DNA from: Azolla caroliniana
Taxonomy: Eukaryota; Plantae; Polypodiophyta
DNA length: 64,000 nt
Direction of reading: 5' to 3'
Assembly: GCA_043228905.1 (NCBI GenBank)
Contig: JBHGNT010000020.1
Location: forward strand, 14,198,001-14,262,000
The stretch's first letter is position 1, and the number at the start of each line of letters is the position of its first letter. Below, piece by piece: positions 45,408-61,404 of the stretch. The position numbers and the translations under genes were made by a program. A model generated the notes under the pieces. The model was not told where the DNA came from, made no database searches, and was given only the letters and a program-made list of their open reading frames with translations.

Positions 45408-47707
45408 GAGGAAAATAGTTGAAGAAGTGGGGTTTGGAGACACGAGATTAATGTTCTCTCAATGGTCAACATTTATTGTTAACAATGCAAGGACGATGCT
45501 AAAAAAGCAACTCAAAGCGTCAACAATTAGATTCAAAGCAATAATCAAAGCATAGGAAATAACATCCCCATAACAAGTCACTTATTGTTGCCAAGTGCAA
45601 TAAAGGAATTAGGGGTAGTTCCATGAGGACCTAGCTCTACACTTTCCTTTCAAATGAGATGGGTGTGTCTAGGATTAGGAGTATGATGAGTAATGAGCAC
45701 CTTGATAAAGTTTTGAGACTTTCTTGATTGCGGCCTAGTTTGATAGATAAATGTGAGTATGCCAAATGTTAAGTAGTTGTAATCATGGGAGTGAGAGTAC
45801 AAAACTCTATCCACATGTTGCGTTATTACATGTGGTACATGTGAGGTTGAAGGACAAATAGTCAAATGAGTACAAGAGTGTGGATGCATATCATGTACAA
45901 AACATGTGAACACATTTGCAGGGTTTGGCTGATAATGATCTGAATGTCAAGTTATACATCTAGGTCATCATTCATGAATTAAAATTTAGAGTATAAGTCA
46001 TATCACGAGTCTTGGTTATGGCAACTCTCATGATGATGGTTTGTAGTTATATGGGATTATCTTGTGTATGGCATGCTAAAAATTTATAGCAGAACAAGGT
46101 ATAATGTCATTGAGTAGACAATTTGATACACAACAACCTAAAGTTCTTTCTCATTGTCTATTATATTGAGAAGGTGTGACGTGATTGGTAGATTGAGATG
46201 ATGACGACGAAAATGGTAGAAATTGTAGTCCAAATTATATGTGACACAAACATTTGAATTTTGTATCGACTCATATTTTATTCATACTAGTGGACATCCA
46301 CACTTTAAACCTTACTTACTCACACATCTACTCTACCCATGGGAATGATGTTTACACAAAACAACTTTTTGATGTGTGCCAAAACCGAGTTCCCATATGT
46401 TGATGTATCACTATCAACCCTTTTCACATTATGTCTAAAATATTTCATTTACAAAAGCTTTTAATCAAAACACTAGGCTAACAATTCATAGACTTGGGCC
46501 CAAATATTTTCAGCCACTTACATTTTTTTGAACGACACATACTTCATCACATGCTTTTCCTCTTGTCAACAATCTCTATAGTATGCTTAAAAGTGCCAAC
46601 ATAGATTCCTTGTCCAAAATTTGCCAAATTATGTGTCGTATCAACATATTTCTCTCAATCATTGCAATTACTCGGCGCTAGAATGTGGATGCATTCCATA
46701 TTTATACATACATTTATACACAAATACTTGTAATACCATCAATATGACGAGTATGATTTATGATTAAATGCTCGACAACTTTCTAAGATTTTGTCCATAT
46801 GCAAACTATGCGTCGATGCACATGTTCAATATATGAAAATATATGGCTAGTTATATGGTCAAGTGAATGATTGAAACACCATAACATTCATGTTTACTAA
46901 TAATCTTAATAATTTCCACACTAGGTTTTCCTAACCTATGCATTGGAACATGTCTCTCACTATTTGCATCTAACAAGGGAATCAAGTAGATGCAAACACA
47001 AGTATATATTGTAATTTAAATGTGTCGTCGAGCTATAAAGTAGCAACCATGAAATGTAAAATTATTTAGTTTGTGCACTTAGTATATTAAAATCGACATG
47101 TTTAAATTAAATTTGATTTTTGGCATAGGCTACTCCACATGCACAATATTACCTTCTCTTATGGCAAAAGGAAATAAAGCATAAATTTTTTATGATAAAT
47201 GTATCAAACATTCCATTACAAAGTCGTAAAAATATTGGAGAATTGCTAATCATCTCCATGCATGCTAGATGAAAATGGTTTACTTTTCTTCTATACACTT
47301 TGCTCCCATATGTCATATTTGATTTTTGAGTACAATAATAAAATCTATCTAACTTCTGGTACATCCCCCGGAGGAATTGATCATGGATATTTGGTTTGTG
47401 ATTATTAGCTACCTACGAGGACGGTTGGACAAGGTTTGCGGCCACTTTGACGATGTGGTCACTACCCGCTTATGCTTTTGGCAAAAGTGGAGGAACACAC
47501 CAATGGTGACACAAGGAGGAAATGGCCTGAGGTGGAACTACCAGCCCCCACATTGGTTGTTTCGTACTCACCTCCCACTCTCCCTCCGTTGAAGGTAAGA
47601 GGATTGGGCTTGTGTTGGCCGACGATGATTGCCACTAGTTTATAACTCTAATACCTACTTACATTAAGTAAAAAGTAGGAGAGGATATATACGTAGTCTC
47701 GTATTCT

Positions 47708-47825
47708 TGAACTCAGTCGAGGGGTAATTCCCCGATTTATATATAAGCCATATTGTATAGTTTTCCTGTAAAAATCTCTCCAAACTAATGGGAAAGTAGC
47801 TCATTTTTTGGGAATAAATAAATAA
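47708..47825 (+). mobile_element. Short dispersed repeat, copy 1 (probable non-LTR element 3' tail)
   Basis: CTCAGTCGAGGGGTAATTCCCC..ATATATAAGCCATATTGTATAG..CTGTAAAAATCTCTC..AACTAATGGGAAAG..TTTTTTGGGAAT followed by an A-rich end. Matches the reverse complement of 61405-61520. Confidence 0.55.
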
Positions 47826-48104
47826 ATCTTTCTAACTTCTTCAATCAAGAGTAGGATTACATCACACTTTTATGTGAAGTTAGTGTTCACAAGATGCACC
47901 TAGCTTGCATGTATTGTTTGCCTTGGCTATCATCTCTCGCCTCTTAGGGACCTACATATGCTCCATGCTTAAGTATAGAAGTGACCTTGTAGGATACCCT
48001 CTTTGTAATGCTTTTAAGGATCCTATAGAACATGAAACCAACTTCCCGAGGACATTAATACATCGTCATCATTTCACTCGCTCACACACACACACACACA
48101 CACA

Positions 48105-48140
<36 letters not shown>

Positions 48141-51100
48141 GTCTCTCTTACATGCACACAAATAATAGATTTGAGACCTCGAATTTTGGATAAGCCTTCT
48201 TGACACATCATTTTGTGACTGAATAGTCAAGGTTGTGCTCTCCCTTTCATTGATACTACTCTTTGACTATATTCTAATACTAGTTACCACATGCTTTAAA
48301 GACTCGATACTCATGCATGTATAATTTGGTCTTTATATTGATGGTTTTGTTTAAATCCTATCATCTCACATTTGGTTTGATACTGCAAAAGCATAGAGCA
48401 TCTCATGTAATGTTCACAATATCTATTTTAGTGAGAAAATCCTAGAAAACAACCAACAAAAATTGGAGTAGTCAATCTCCAATCCGGAATCTCAATAAAT
48501 CATGAAATGGCTTTGAATTTCAATTCTAATCTGACTTTTGAGATTTGATATAAAATATTCTTCTTTTCAAAAGATTTAGTTTACACCGCTCACTTTTTAA
48601 TCTACCTATGTTCTTATTCTAAGTTATATTCAATATTCTCAATGGAACTGCTTTGTTGTTTACATGCTTAAATTCTTCGTTTATATCCAACTTGTATATG
48701 TGATGTTCGCTTGAATTTCAACACAAAAATTATACTTATCAAAAGATTATTTGGCTTATTGACACTGTCATTTATTTCATGACCTTTAATTATAACATAG
48801 ACACGACACTCTTGTTCATTTTGGTCAACGGTCTACAACATAACCTTGCATTGATAACTTCTTATGTATACAATGCATCAAACCATGAATGTTGTGATTA
48901 TTCTTTAACCAGAGAAATTGTCCAAATTTACTTATAAACTACACATTGCGCTAAATATAAGTATGGAAGACGATATCATTCAATATTATATTTTCTTTAT
49001 TTTGCTTTTGGTGGAAAGGTTTACATAGGGCAAGTAGCATGTGATATGACTAACAAACATGTGTCAAGTATGGTGATCTTATGTATATATTCCACCATAA
49101 TATAATACGTCTTCATATTCCATGTTTAAAATCTCTATTGTTCTTTTATGTTTGACACAATGCACAGAAAATATTTATTTGAACAAGAGAAAAAAAGAAG
49201 TCCTAGGCAATACCCTAGCAGTAGCAAGCTCCTTTTCAAATGTTCGTCGATTTTTTCTCCCAGTTTTTTCCAGACCAACAACATGTTTAATTCCCCTTTT
49301 TTAAAGCTATACTGTTTTCTAACATTGTACAAATGTTCAATGCTAACTAAACATTTTCAAAACAAAAATACTTGCTAAACACTCAACATTGAGATACCTC
49401 GTTTCTTTGACTAGGTCATCGGTCTAGCATAACAAGTAGGATCTATAATTATGAGTAAAAAATTCAAGACTCCTAATTAATGTTTCAGAATTATTATGAT
49501 TATTATTATTATTATTAGAATTAGTTTTTCAGAAATTTTTGCTTTTGAATTGGCCAAATTGTTTTTCATGCATGGAACAAGAGGAAACAATGATGAAACC
49601 CACGTATGTCTAAGAATTGAATAGAAATTTGCCATGTTTCATCAAGCTTTTTGTACCCTTGATTATTATCCTCAATTGTTTACTTAAAATTTCGTCTTAA
49701 CAATTGTTGTAAGTGCAGGTATCTATTCCTCGAACAATGTTTCGAATGAAACTTGCCATTTACTCAAGCACACCCTAATTTACAAGTTTGTAAAAATCAT
49801 TATCTATGATAAAGGTAACATGAGAAATTCCTTCCTCATGGAAAGATGGAGTCTAAAATGAATAGATGGTTGCCAAAAAAATTTAAAGGTATGTTTTTAG
49901 TGAGCCCTAGTCCCTGGTCCTTAGATAAATGTCAAAGCTTCTGAATTTTACCTAAACAAAGATAATCTATTATCTATTGTTCTGAAATCCATGTTTATGC
50001 ATGCATATATATTCTTGATATGAAATGAACATGTTAACCGTCATTTGTTGTATGTTGTACATGATGAATCAGTGTGCTGAGTCAAACCATATTGACACAT
50101 GATTTCAGAGCTAATTATGATAAATGGCACTCGTGAGCTACCATATGTACTAGAAAATTGTATCTTTGTTTTTTCTTGATAATCGAGCATAGAATCCTTC
50201 TTGATTCACAATAGGTTACTAACTTATTACTAACAAATCTTTACTCAAGACATATGATTCTTAATATATACGAAACAAAAGTACATATCAGGGAAGGGTA
50301 AGGGTTTGACAATAACTATGTAAGAAGTATATATAAATAGGGTAGTGGACACAATGAACATGATTGCCTTTTTTGGAAACCACCTTATTAACTCAATATT
50401 GTATCTATTTATTATATTTCATCATTGCAAAAGCATGTCATTGCATCTCAACTATATTTAACAATTTTAATGTCGTTGGAAACAAACAATGGAGAATTTT
50501 CAAATTGCAGTTAATTTGTCTAGGATTTACATATAAACCTTGTAAGTCACATGAATCATTCAAAACATCACTAAATAATGTGCAAGAATTCGCATTTATA
50601 TATGAGACAACTTATACACACTTTTCTTTAGAGAGACAATGATCGTAAAGGCAACAATCCATGTCATGGACCGTGGTAGAGTATATTATTGCCCACCACA
50701 AGCAAAAGCAAATGGGTTGTATTGTAGGAATCGACGACATGCAAATCATATACTAAAACAATCGAGGTTATCAAACATTTGTCGGTGATGGGATCAAGTG
50801 GTTTGCATTCATATGAAAAGAGATTTAAAGCATAAACACATCATTTGCAATTCTACTTTATATTGGATTGGCTTGAACAAAGATTCTTGGAATGTATTGA
50901 CCTAGAATATAACTTTTATGGAACCTTCTTGCATGTGGGTGATTTTTCACCAAAATGCAAGTAAACATCAATGTATATGCAAGATGCTTCATAAGAGGGG
51001 CTTCAATCAATAACAAGTTTCATAACATTAAAAAGAGTGAACAAGTTGTGTATTCATAATTCCATGATATATGGGGTTATAATGGTTTTCATGGGGGGAA

Positions 51101-51315
51101 TTTGCCAAGGTCGTGCAATTTATGACAGAATGTTTTAACGATTTCAAAAACCCATATGGTTTAAGTGTTGAAATTCATGAAATCTCATGAGATGACACCC
51201 ATCCCAAGATTGTATCCACACTTCATGTTGAATTACAAGGTTGTCAATTTTGGAATACACAACCAACCTCCAATTTTGAGGTGCCATTACGGAACTTAGA
51301 TCTCCATTTGAAGGT

Positions 51316-51720
51316 AACCTCACAACTTGGCATCCATTCCAACATTCCCATCTAGTTAAGTTGGCCCACTTCGTTTAGGTCATAGGCTAATCTTGTCCAC
51401 ATGCTCAAAGGTTCAACCTCACTCTTGTTGGCAACGAGGCTAAACTAGTCAACATACTCTAAGGGAACACTTTGGCGTAATGGTCAACTTATCTACTTTT
51501 ATTACATCAAAGCTTCAACTGGTCTAGTTTTTAAACAAATGCGAAATATGTAGGGACTTATAGTCAACCAAATTTGACATAACCTCACAACTTAACACAC
51601 CATCAAACAACCCCCTTGTTGCTCGTTGTCTCCATTTGATTTAGCTTAGGGAAGAACTTGTCAACCAAAAAGAAGGTTCAACTCAAACAATTTTGGCTAA
51701 GAGGCTAAAGTTGTCCAAAG
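51316..51720. repeat. Old ~265-bp-period local duplication
   Basis: AACCTCACAACTT at 51316 and 51581, with paired blocks AAGGTTCAAC...GAGGCTAAA downstream of each. Confidence 0.5.
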
Positions 51721-54335
51721 GGCTTAAAATTTACTTTGGCACATTTTGGCTGTAGGGTTCAAGTTCTCTCCTAGAAAACACTTTCTTATAGGTCTGCCTT
51801 AGGTGTTGTTTGCATTAATGCATGCTTAACCTAAAAGCTTAAGATGATAAAGACCTCACATCTATCCAATTTGAAAGCAATCCAACATGTGATCAACAAT
51901 AATAACAAGCTTGTATGATCCTATAATAGAGATAGACAATATACTATTCCATAATCCTCTTTTGGTTCATGTTTTAGTTTAATGGAGATCCACATCTCGT
52001 CCACGTAGTTGATATATCTTTGATGAAAGGGATTCTTAGAAAAATATGTGTCGACGGAGTGCTTTATTCTCTTGTAACATGAGCATATATTAGGAGGAGG
52101 GGATAAATGATTTACAAAATAGCGAGACTTTGCACAATGGAGTTTATTTGATGTGTGGCTTGGAAAAAGAGCGGTGGTTGTCCCTATTAGCATAAGAAAT
52201 GTTTGAAATGTCAAAGGTTGAAAAACGAGCCATAATGTATTTCAAATAACCTAGTCCTATGCCTCTCCCCTTGCTTCTCTTCTCACTCTTTTATCTTGAG
52301 CGCTACTACTGTCCACAACATTGAACATATATATTTACTAAAGGAATGAAGAAGCTTATGACAAGTGGTAATGCTCTTAGATTTGGCACCATTTTGTCTC
52401 CACCTCAATATTGACCTATCCAAAGTCATTTGTAATCATTATAACTCATTAATTTTAATTTCTATTGAGTGACAAACTTCCTTGTTTAGAGTGTTCCACA
52501 TTACATGCAATTAGCTTATAGTTTGTCTTATGTTTTTCTTTTTAATTCGTTGTTTTGAAGCAAGTACATGGATCATATATGTACCTTTTATTTTAGATTA
52601 AATGGCACACATAGATGCATGCACATAGAAATATCCACAAAGGAGACACATGCTTTCGAACAATAAAAAGGACGTTTATATTGTTTTTGGAAGAAAAATC
52701 CAAGCAATTGAGGAGGTCTCTACATGTGTTTGTTAGTATTGTATTGCCAGAACATACTTATTTCTCATACACGCTCGGGAAGGTCCTTTTTGGGATGATC
52801 ATATTTCTCTTTGCATTGTATCCTTTCATCGTCACATCTCACGTGACACATTGTCTTTGCATATATGTGTCGTCTGCCTTTGTTATTGAGCATGGAACAT
52901 ATTATCTAGATTTGTTTTCCCTGTGCAATGACATTTTACGATAATATATAGAAGAGATTAGATATTTTGTAAATTCACTAAAATTGGAACTAGTATTCAT
53001 TGCTCTTTTCTACCTATACGTAGCAAAAGTCTAAGAATGAAAGAAAAGGCATAGTCTCAACATAATGTTCGCCAATTTATATAGAGTTAGCGTTTTTTAA
53101 TAGCCCATTTAATGAAATTAATTGCTCCATTGATTGTAATGCATGGAATGCGAAAGGCATCCATAGTAGTTTTGAGGAAGCCCTTCAAGCTTGAGTTACA
53201 CAACAACACTATATTCGTAATTCTAATACTTGTAATCCATTGAAATTCATAACAAGATAAATTTTATCCCTCTCGACTAAATAGTTGCATATTCTAAGGT
53301 CATGGAGTCTATCACTTTATATTTGAATCTAAATATTTGCATCTTGTTGGGGGCATGGAGGCTATCACTTTTTGTTTATAAGGATGACATCATAGATATC
53401 TACAAATAAAGCGTATGTTGATGGGTCATGTTGTCTGTTTGGTGGGTTCAAATGTCAGGTGTATGTTTTTAAGGTGGGGAAACACATTTGTCCATGTAAA
53501 CCTTTTATGTAACAAGATGGGCTCCTCCTTGAAAAGGCATCATTGTTGATGTGGACTCATGCTTTTCTAAAACTTAAATGAAAGAAATCTACAACCTCAA
53601 ATTCCATATAACGAATTACGTTTATTCATTGTTATATAAAACTCGAACTCAATTGATAATTTGACAACAAATATAAAAGTTTTAATTGCAATTCATGACT
53701 CTTCTTTCATCAATCCCCAAAAAAATATAGATAAGATTAATTTGGATGGATACAAATTTCATCGTACAGAAACTTTATATACAATTTGTTCTTTGATAAG
53801 AGCAAATATCAATGGTCTTTTCCCCTTTGAGCTTTCCTCGATATGAACTTCATCTTGTTTGGAAGCATGTAATAGACCAATATACACTACGTTTCCTCGT
53901 ACCATAGTGATGGTGAAACTACAGTTAGTCCCACGCATGAGGTTGTGTAGAAAGATGGTAAGACCGTATACCACGAAGAGTGTAATTGTACACATTAACC
54001 ACAATTGCACATCTTCCTTCATAGATTTGCAAAAAGGACAATTCGCATAAAGGGCACACTCTACAGTTGAATTTACGAACACAAGTTTATTTAATTCCTC
54101 ATTTCCTAGAGTGGTGTAAACTCGAGCAAGCGAAAATCTCTATGGAGAAAAAACTTTTAAGTATGATATTCACAATAAGACCTATGAGCAAGGTTTTTGT
54201 ATATTCGGCTATGAAACAACCACGAACAACCAACTAGATTTGAAATGTAGTTTCTTATACAGTACTGTAACATGTATATATTGCACCATGCATCATATGG
54301 AATTTGTGACAAAACCTTCATCTATGGGTCCTAAT

Positions 54336-54435
54336 TAGGTAGTGGTTGCCTGGAATTGCTACCTCACCAACTTAGACAAGACAACTAGGTAGTGGTTGCC
54401 TGGAATCGTTGCATCACCAACTTAGACAAGACAAC
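54336..54435. repeat. 50-bp tandem duplication
   Basis: TAGGTAGTGGTTGCCTGGAAT...TCACCAACTTAGACAAGACAAC twice, with few mismatches. Confidence 0.9.
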
Positions 54436-55912
54436 CTTTCACACGAATTATAAACGATACATATTTGTATATTTGTGAATGCATATGGATCACGAGTCAT
54501 GATTTGTATAAACATGTTGGTTGCTTTTAAGTGACCATAATGTATGTAACACCTTGAATAGAGATAATGCCCACCCACATCTTATATATACCAAGAACAC
54601 CTTTTAACTTGAGATTTATTTGTTAGGTTTTTGCCTTCTTTTGCTACTACTTGTAAGTTATAACTTATAACTTGTTCTATGGACATCGTTGGTTTGTGAC
54701 ATGTTGTGTGTTCCCTGCATTAACAAGGCAACCCGTGAAGAGTAAACTAACTATCCATAAAATCAATCAATAATATCTCAAGAAAACAAAAAGGGAAAAC
54801 TTAAAGCTTTGTTATCAAAGTTAGTAACTATTGATTACAAAAACATGGATAGATTTATTATAGTTAATACTATTTTTAAATCATGAATAATGTATTAAAA
54901 AAAATTCATCTTCAAAAATTTAATTTAAATCCATAAAATTTGGAGCATTCACGAAAATAATCATCATAAAAATGAAAATAAATAAACATAAAAAAAGAAA
55001 AATGACAGCATGAGAATTTTCATTGGAAAGAGTTTACGTCCCAATTGATCTAAAATGTACTAGTCACCTATTAAATAAATAAAATTCCTGAAAGTAAATA
55101 AAGCAGATATTAAATTCCATGTTTAGTTCACGTACAAAAGAAGAATCGACCATTAGAAACAGAATAAAAATGAAACATGAAAAATGGAAAATGAACTAAA
55201 AATGAAAAAACGAAAAACAAAACAAAAATGAAAAAATGAAAAAGTGGAAAGAAAAAAGAATTTGTGCATCCATTTCTTCATTTAATTTAAATTAAACTAA
55301 TAAATATTTATTTGGAGAAAATACATATCTAAATATTTCAGTAGAAATAAATATAAAAAAGTTTAATTAGAATTAATTAAATAAATATTCACTTAGAAAT
55401 TAACAAATTTGTATTAATAGTTACTTGATGTTAAATATATAAAGCGAATATTTAATTAAAATAAACATAAAACCAAATAAATGAATATTTAATTTCAAAT
55501 AAATATATAAAAATAGCAAAAATAAATTCATAATTTCTTAAGGCACAAACTTCAAAAGTAGTATTTTATCTTCAAAATTTTCAATAAGATTTCATTAGTG
55601 TTACTTAGTGCTTGCTTTAATCATATTTACTAATTTTGTTTTCTGAACCAAAAGTGAAATACTGACCAAAAAAGTCTTCTGTGAATTATGTATATCAATA
55701 TGTATAGCTTGGAGACTCTTTTGATTTAGCTGGTGGAAAGCTCGACCTTGAAATTGTTGTGGTTTCAAAAATCTAGAAAAATCCACGTTTGCTTGTTATT
55801 CCACCTCTGTCAAACTTGGGCAAATAAGATTGAATCCTACTTGCCATCTCCCATCTTACTTTAACATCGTCATATGCTCCATTCATGTCTTAGTTGGGAG
55901 TCGGAAAAACCG

Positions 55913-56190
55913 CTAACCTAGGTTCACAATCACATGTAGCCTTGACTTGCCAACATTTCCAATGAGGAATGAGGTTGCTTATACAAAGTTTTGCAAGCTT
56001 GCCTTGCTCATGCACCTATGTTGTACAGGAAGGATGACGACCATATATTGAGCAACTAACTTGGGTCACAACCACATGCAACCTTTGCTTGCCTACATAT
56101 CCAATAAGGAATGAACTTGCTCACACAAAGTTTGTGAGGTTGCCTTGTTGTGGCATATATGGGAAGGACAATGACCATATCCCAAGCAAG
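55913..56190. repeat. Degenerate ~140-bp tandem duplication
   Basis: CTAAC.T.GG.TCACAA.CACATG...CCAAT.AGGAATGA...ACAAAGTTT...TTGCCTTG...GGAAGGA...GACCATAT twice. Confidence 0.75.
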
Positions 56191-57643
56191 GCCATGAGAT
56201 TGTCTAATTCTTCTTCCATCATGACTAGGGCCTCAAATTACATACATTGTAAAGGATGAAGATTAGGTCTTAATGTGTTAATATCACATTCTTTGGGGTT
56301 CGCTTGAACGGCACTTAGGGAAGTCAACTAAGATTTTCACTTACGAGGCAAATTTGTAGATGAGTATTTAAAAACTAATGATGACAAGTGTGAGTAAACA
56401 ATATGCACAACAAACACTCAAATATACCCAACTTCAAAATAGGTTGCCCATTATCCATGAATGTTCTTTTTTCTTCGCCAGTTAATATGGCCCTTACTCT
56501 TTTACCTTGGTAACCATTGCAATATGTAACATTGAAGTAAAAGATATTCTTAGATGTCATTGTCTACAATGAGTACGTTGTTCTATCTCTTCCTTGAGAA
56601 AGGAGATATGCGCCATTTAACAAGGAAGATGATAATTTGCATTAAATAAATGAACATAATCTATTGCTTGATCGATTGGATGAAAGCTATGTCTTTTTGA
56701 ACCAAGTGAGAAGGTCGTTTCATAACAACTCAATCACTACAAAGGTTACATTAATAAGTAACGTCAGATGGACATCAATATTTATCCACGTCAACCCTTA
56801 AGGGCACAATATCTTACATTCAAGAATGTTGTACCTTATTGTTAAAGAGTAGTCTCTCGAGAGGTCAATCTCCTAAAATTGTGTTTGGTAAGCAAGGAAA
56901 GGGGGGAATCCCCATAAACGTCAATAAACTCACCCCACAACTACATGATCAAGCAAAAGTGTTTTGTAGGATTTCATATGCACACATGAAGGTAAATATA
57001 ATACTTGAGGTATCCTCAACCAAACATATGCCTATTTGGTAACCTTACCCAAGGAAGGGAAAGCTATTATTTTCAACCTTGTGAAAAATGTTTTTTTGAT
57101 TCCATATTTCAAGGAGAAACTACATGTTTGCATGCTCTTGGATGAAATAAAAACCTAAACAACTTGTGTAAACATGTACGCTTGTTACCAATCCCTACGG
57201 AGACTCATGCTATATCTTACATTGAATTGTGAAAAGTTAGATTTTAAAGCCACATCCAAAGGAGAATCTAGGATCTTGCATGCTCTGGGAACTTGGAAGC
57301 TGGACAAGAGAAGCAACTCATGTGAATTGAGTCTCAACAAATAATGGAGGTATTAAGTCCGAAAGAACGACCTTGAGGCCATTGATCTTGTGATTTACCA
57401 CTCAATGTAATTCCATCCTCGAATAATATAAACAACATATTCTCCCATGAAACAATTTCTGCATTGGCAAAATGTGCATTTGTGTTTGCATATTTGTTCA
57501 TGAGTGTCTATATCTAAACACACCATGTATGTATCCTTATGTCATTGTGTGCATGTATCTTAGTTGATTGTGTAAAATTTAAATTGTAAAGGCAACGCTT
57601 CCACATTGTAAATGGTAAAGACAACCTACAAGCACGATGAATC

Positions 57644-59357
57644 TTTTTTTTTTTTTTTTCCAAGACGATACATTCTTATAATAAATTTAATTGAAACTTA
57701 TCTCCACTGAAACTATATCAACTTATGGTACATTATGTTGTACCCAAATGAAGCATAAAAGTACTTGGAAACAACCTACATACATAAAATGTGCATGAAA
57801 ACCACATGCACACTTGTATATGAATGAATCCTAATCCATGTGCAAACAACACTTGCATCTCTAATGTATATGGCTCTAGCTTTGTTACTTTGGGAGTACA
57901 AAGTGTAACCTTGAAGCGAAAGATCTTCAATTTCTACATGAGGGTATTTGGTTTTGATATTCTTCTTAAATAATGAAAATCATGTCATTTAATACCCAAT
58001 TGTGAACTCTACAATTGGAACCGTTAACACTGGTAAATGAGTGATTAATGAATCATTTCATTAAATGGACAAAAACATATTGTAAACTCCAAATTGACAA
58101 CCAATAACATGATGTCAAGAGGACAACAAGAATTTTATAAAAATGGGTTAGTTGGATGGGAGTTATCTAAATTTAAGTCATTTCATGAGTCATGACCATT
58201 ATATCAAATCACACAAAGTTCTACATAAGGCAATATTAATAAGACATCTTACGCATCAAAGCCAACTCTTGACAGTGAAGTCTCTTGCCTATGTACTTTG
58301 TTAGCACATGTGTTAAATTCTCAGAGTAGGGTCATATTCTATTGAGGTTCTTTGGAATCTCACTTAGAATATAATGAAGATGTTAAGTTAGGAGGCAAAT
58401 TTATATATTTGTGCTACAATGAAAGATTTGAAAACAATGTACTTTTTCATTTTCATAAACACTTTTACAAGTTAAGGACAACTACACAAATTATAAAGAT
58501 AAATTATTCCAAGTGAGAAAACCATGTCCATACAACATTAAACTTTTATGGGATTACATGTACATTGGCGTACATTCATCCTACACAACTTGGGGCACAA
58601 ACACTTATAGTTCTTCATAGATACCCCAAAATATAAAGTGCATATAAACCCACATACATATGTATCCCCAACTTAGTGATATGGCTTGTGCTAAATTGCT
58701 TTAATATAGTAAGCAATGCAAGGTGTAACATTGACGCAACATATCTTCTTAGTTTTCAATATCCACATTGGGTACATGATTTTGATCTTCATCTTGAGAA
58801 AGAGGAATTGTTTCCATTTAACAAGACAACTATAATCTACATAAGGCAAAACAAACATAATCTCTTATGGGATTAGTTGGAGAATACATTTGTTTTTTTC
58901 AAAGGAATTTCTCTTTGTGTAACCAACCAACACAAATCTTCATTGATAATGTAATCTTAATTGGACATTTCACAGTTACCCAATTTCACCACTTGAGAGG
59001 CCAATAATGAAGGCAATGATACTGTTTTCAAACATTGGATTTAAAAAGTGAAATCTTAAAACTATATTTTGCAGGAATAAATATGAGTTTGTGTGCTCTT
59101 TGATACGATAAAAGTGTTAAGGATTTTGTAAACATGTAAACTATACTACAATCAATAACAATATTAATAGGTTTTGGCCCCAAGACTCAAGCATATAAAC
59201 CTCATGGCCTATTGAACCTAACGTCATTATTGGAAATGATAAACGATCTATTTCACCACTATCAACTGATTTATATGTTGGTAAATGTGCAATTTTGGTG
59301 CGTATATCTACATCTAAGTGTGTGCATGTCCACAATATGTATGTGTATACATATATT

Positions 59358-59391
<34 letters not shown>

Positions 59392-59700
59392 TGTGTGTGT
59401 GTCTAAATAAAACATGTGTGTGTTTAGTATTTACCATGCATATAAATATATATTAAATTAGTAGGAAATCATAAAGTCAATGCTTTCACATTGTTCTTTA
59501 GAATGTAATCATTAATGTGGTTAGATAAACTAGTCCTTGGCTGGAGTATTTCTAAGAACATCTCTTTATTAGCAATGCGGTGAATTCCCATGAACTTTAA
59601 TAAACTCACATTACAAATATGACATTGCCTAGATATAGGGACAATAAGGCCCAAATTACATTGTAATGCTTCCTATAGACCCACACCCACGAAAGTAGGA
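57644..59700 (-). mobile_element. Highly decayed L1-like LINE relic
   Basis: Poly(T) run at 57644-57659 read as a reversed poly(A) tail. Broken minus-strand peptides resemble zf-RVT (CTQCG near 58765) and GLG-type motifs near 59650. Boundaries approximate. Confidence 0.3.
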
Positions 59701-61235
59701 AATAATGTATAAAAATATTCAAAATTTCTTCCTACTTAAGATATGTGATGAAATACCTACAATAACTTCTACACAAGAACATTGATTGAAATATTGAATG
59801 TTCAAAGCAAAATATGACTCTTATTACTAATAGCTTAATTGACCATGCAATCATCATATTTGACTCTGTCACTAATTTAATATTTGAGTTCATGTCCCTT
59901 CCTTGGAACATGTTGGCGATGGCTGGACATGCTAGTGATGCACATCCAATGATGTTAATTTGACTTCATATGGCTAGATATAGCCTAACCTAATATAAAA
60001 GCCATGGCCCATAATAACCTACAAACACTAGATCGATTCAACAATAGTACAATCTAACGGGTCATGTGAATGCCAATGAACCTTCTTTCCCTTCAAAGCA
60101 TTTTGAATAATCATTAGCAACTTTGAATGAGATTTCTTCACTCAACTTGTAATGAATGCTCATTACAACTTGGTAGTCATGTCTATTGGTGAGCAATGAG
60201 TGGTTCTAAGTAATCTTTAATCTATTAAAGGAATCTACAATGCAATAATCACAAATAGAATTTTCAATCCATGTTGTGAACTAGTAATGTTTACTAGTTG
60301 TTGGTAGGGAAATAAATTTTCATTTAAGAAATTAGTGTATTGGATTGAAGCTCTTATCGTTATGAATGTATGTGAGCATGCTAAGTAAATCATCAAGAAA
60401 GACTAGTTTGATTAAAATTGTTGAGATGTCTCAATGACCTTCAATAATGTTGGTGGATATGCATTTAATGATTTGAGATGCATTTCCCCATTAAGGAAAT
60501 CATTTTACATTTCCCCATTAGCGAATTAATTTTGCATTAAGTGAGGAGTTTTCACTTTGTCGCAAAGTACACACCATATGAAATGCAAAGGGACTAGTGA
60601 CAATCATAACTACCTTTGGTTTCATACTTTGGTTAACTTGTTGATAGGTATGCTTATCCATGCATGCTAGGAATTAAACACTAACATCTAAGAACGAGTT
60701 GTTGGTTTTAAGAACATCCTAGTCAAGTGTTAAAATTAATGGAAAAGGCTAACTAGTTTGAGACATTAAATTATTTGGACAAGGCAAAGTTAACAAAACA
60801 CACGAGGGACAATTTCTTCACAAATTCCTCATGTGTGAAAACATAATATTGAGGTTGATAGACATATATGTTTATAGTAAATATGAAAAATACAACTCCA
60901 AATAGATCCCATTGAATGTCAAGAGTGTTATCCGTATGAGAGGTGCGAGGATTGATTAGTGTGAAAGTCTATGTATGAAGTTTTGTTGTAAGTGTATGTG
61001 CACATGTGCATGAGAGAGTGTGTGAGTGTGAGTATGTTCGTATGTGTATGAACACATGCACATGTGTGTGCATGTACGAAAGAGTGCAAGAAAGTTGTGT
61101 GTGTGGATGGCTAGAAGGGTATGCACCCCTATTGATCACGTTGATGAATGATCCTCATGTACTATATAACCCCACATGGGGCATGAATAAAAGAAGAAGT
61201 TCCCTCTCTAATTTCTGTCTCTCTCTTAACATCCA

Positions 61236-61303
<68 letters not shown>

Positions 61304-61404
61304 TCAACCCCAGGCTCCACCCCCACCCATAAACAAAGAGTTGTGACAACCATACCGATATTATACCCATACTCACAAAGATGTGAATATATAGAGTTTG
61401 CCCC

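Noticed and set aside
47365-47866. Possible LTR plus degenerate Met PBS (ACTCTAATACCT) on the minus strand
   Set aside because: Several mismatches to the PBS, no partner LTR or coding remnant, and it overlaps another repeat.
43500-61400. Numerous 60-110 aa ORFs in the AT-rich region
   Set aside because: No domain signatures or consistent exon chains; consistent with decayed repeats.
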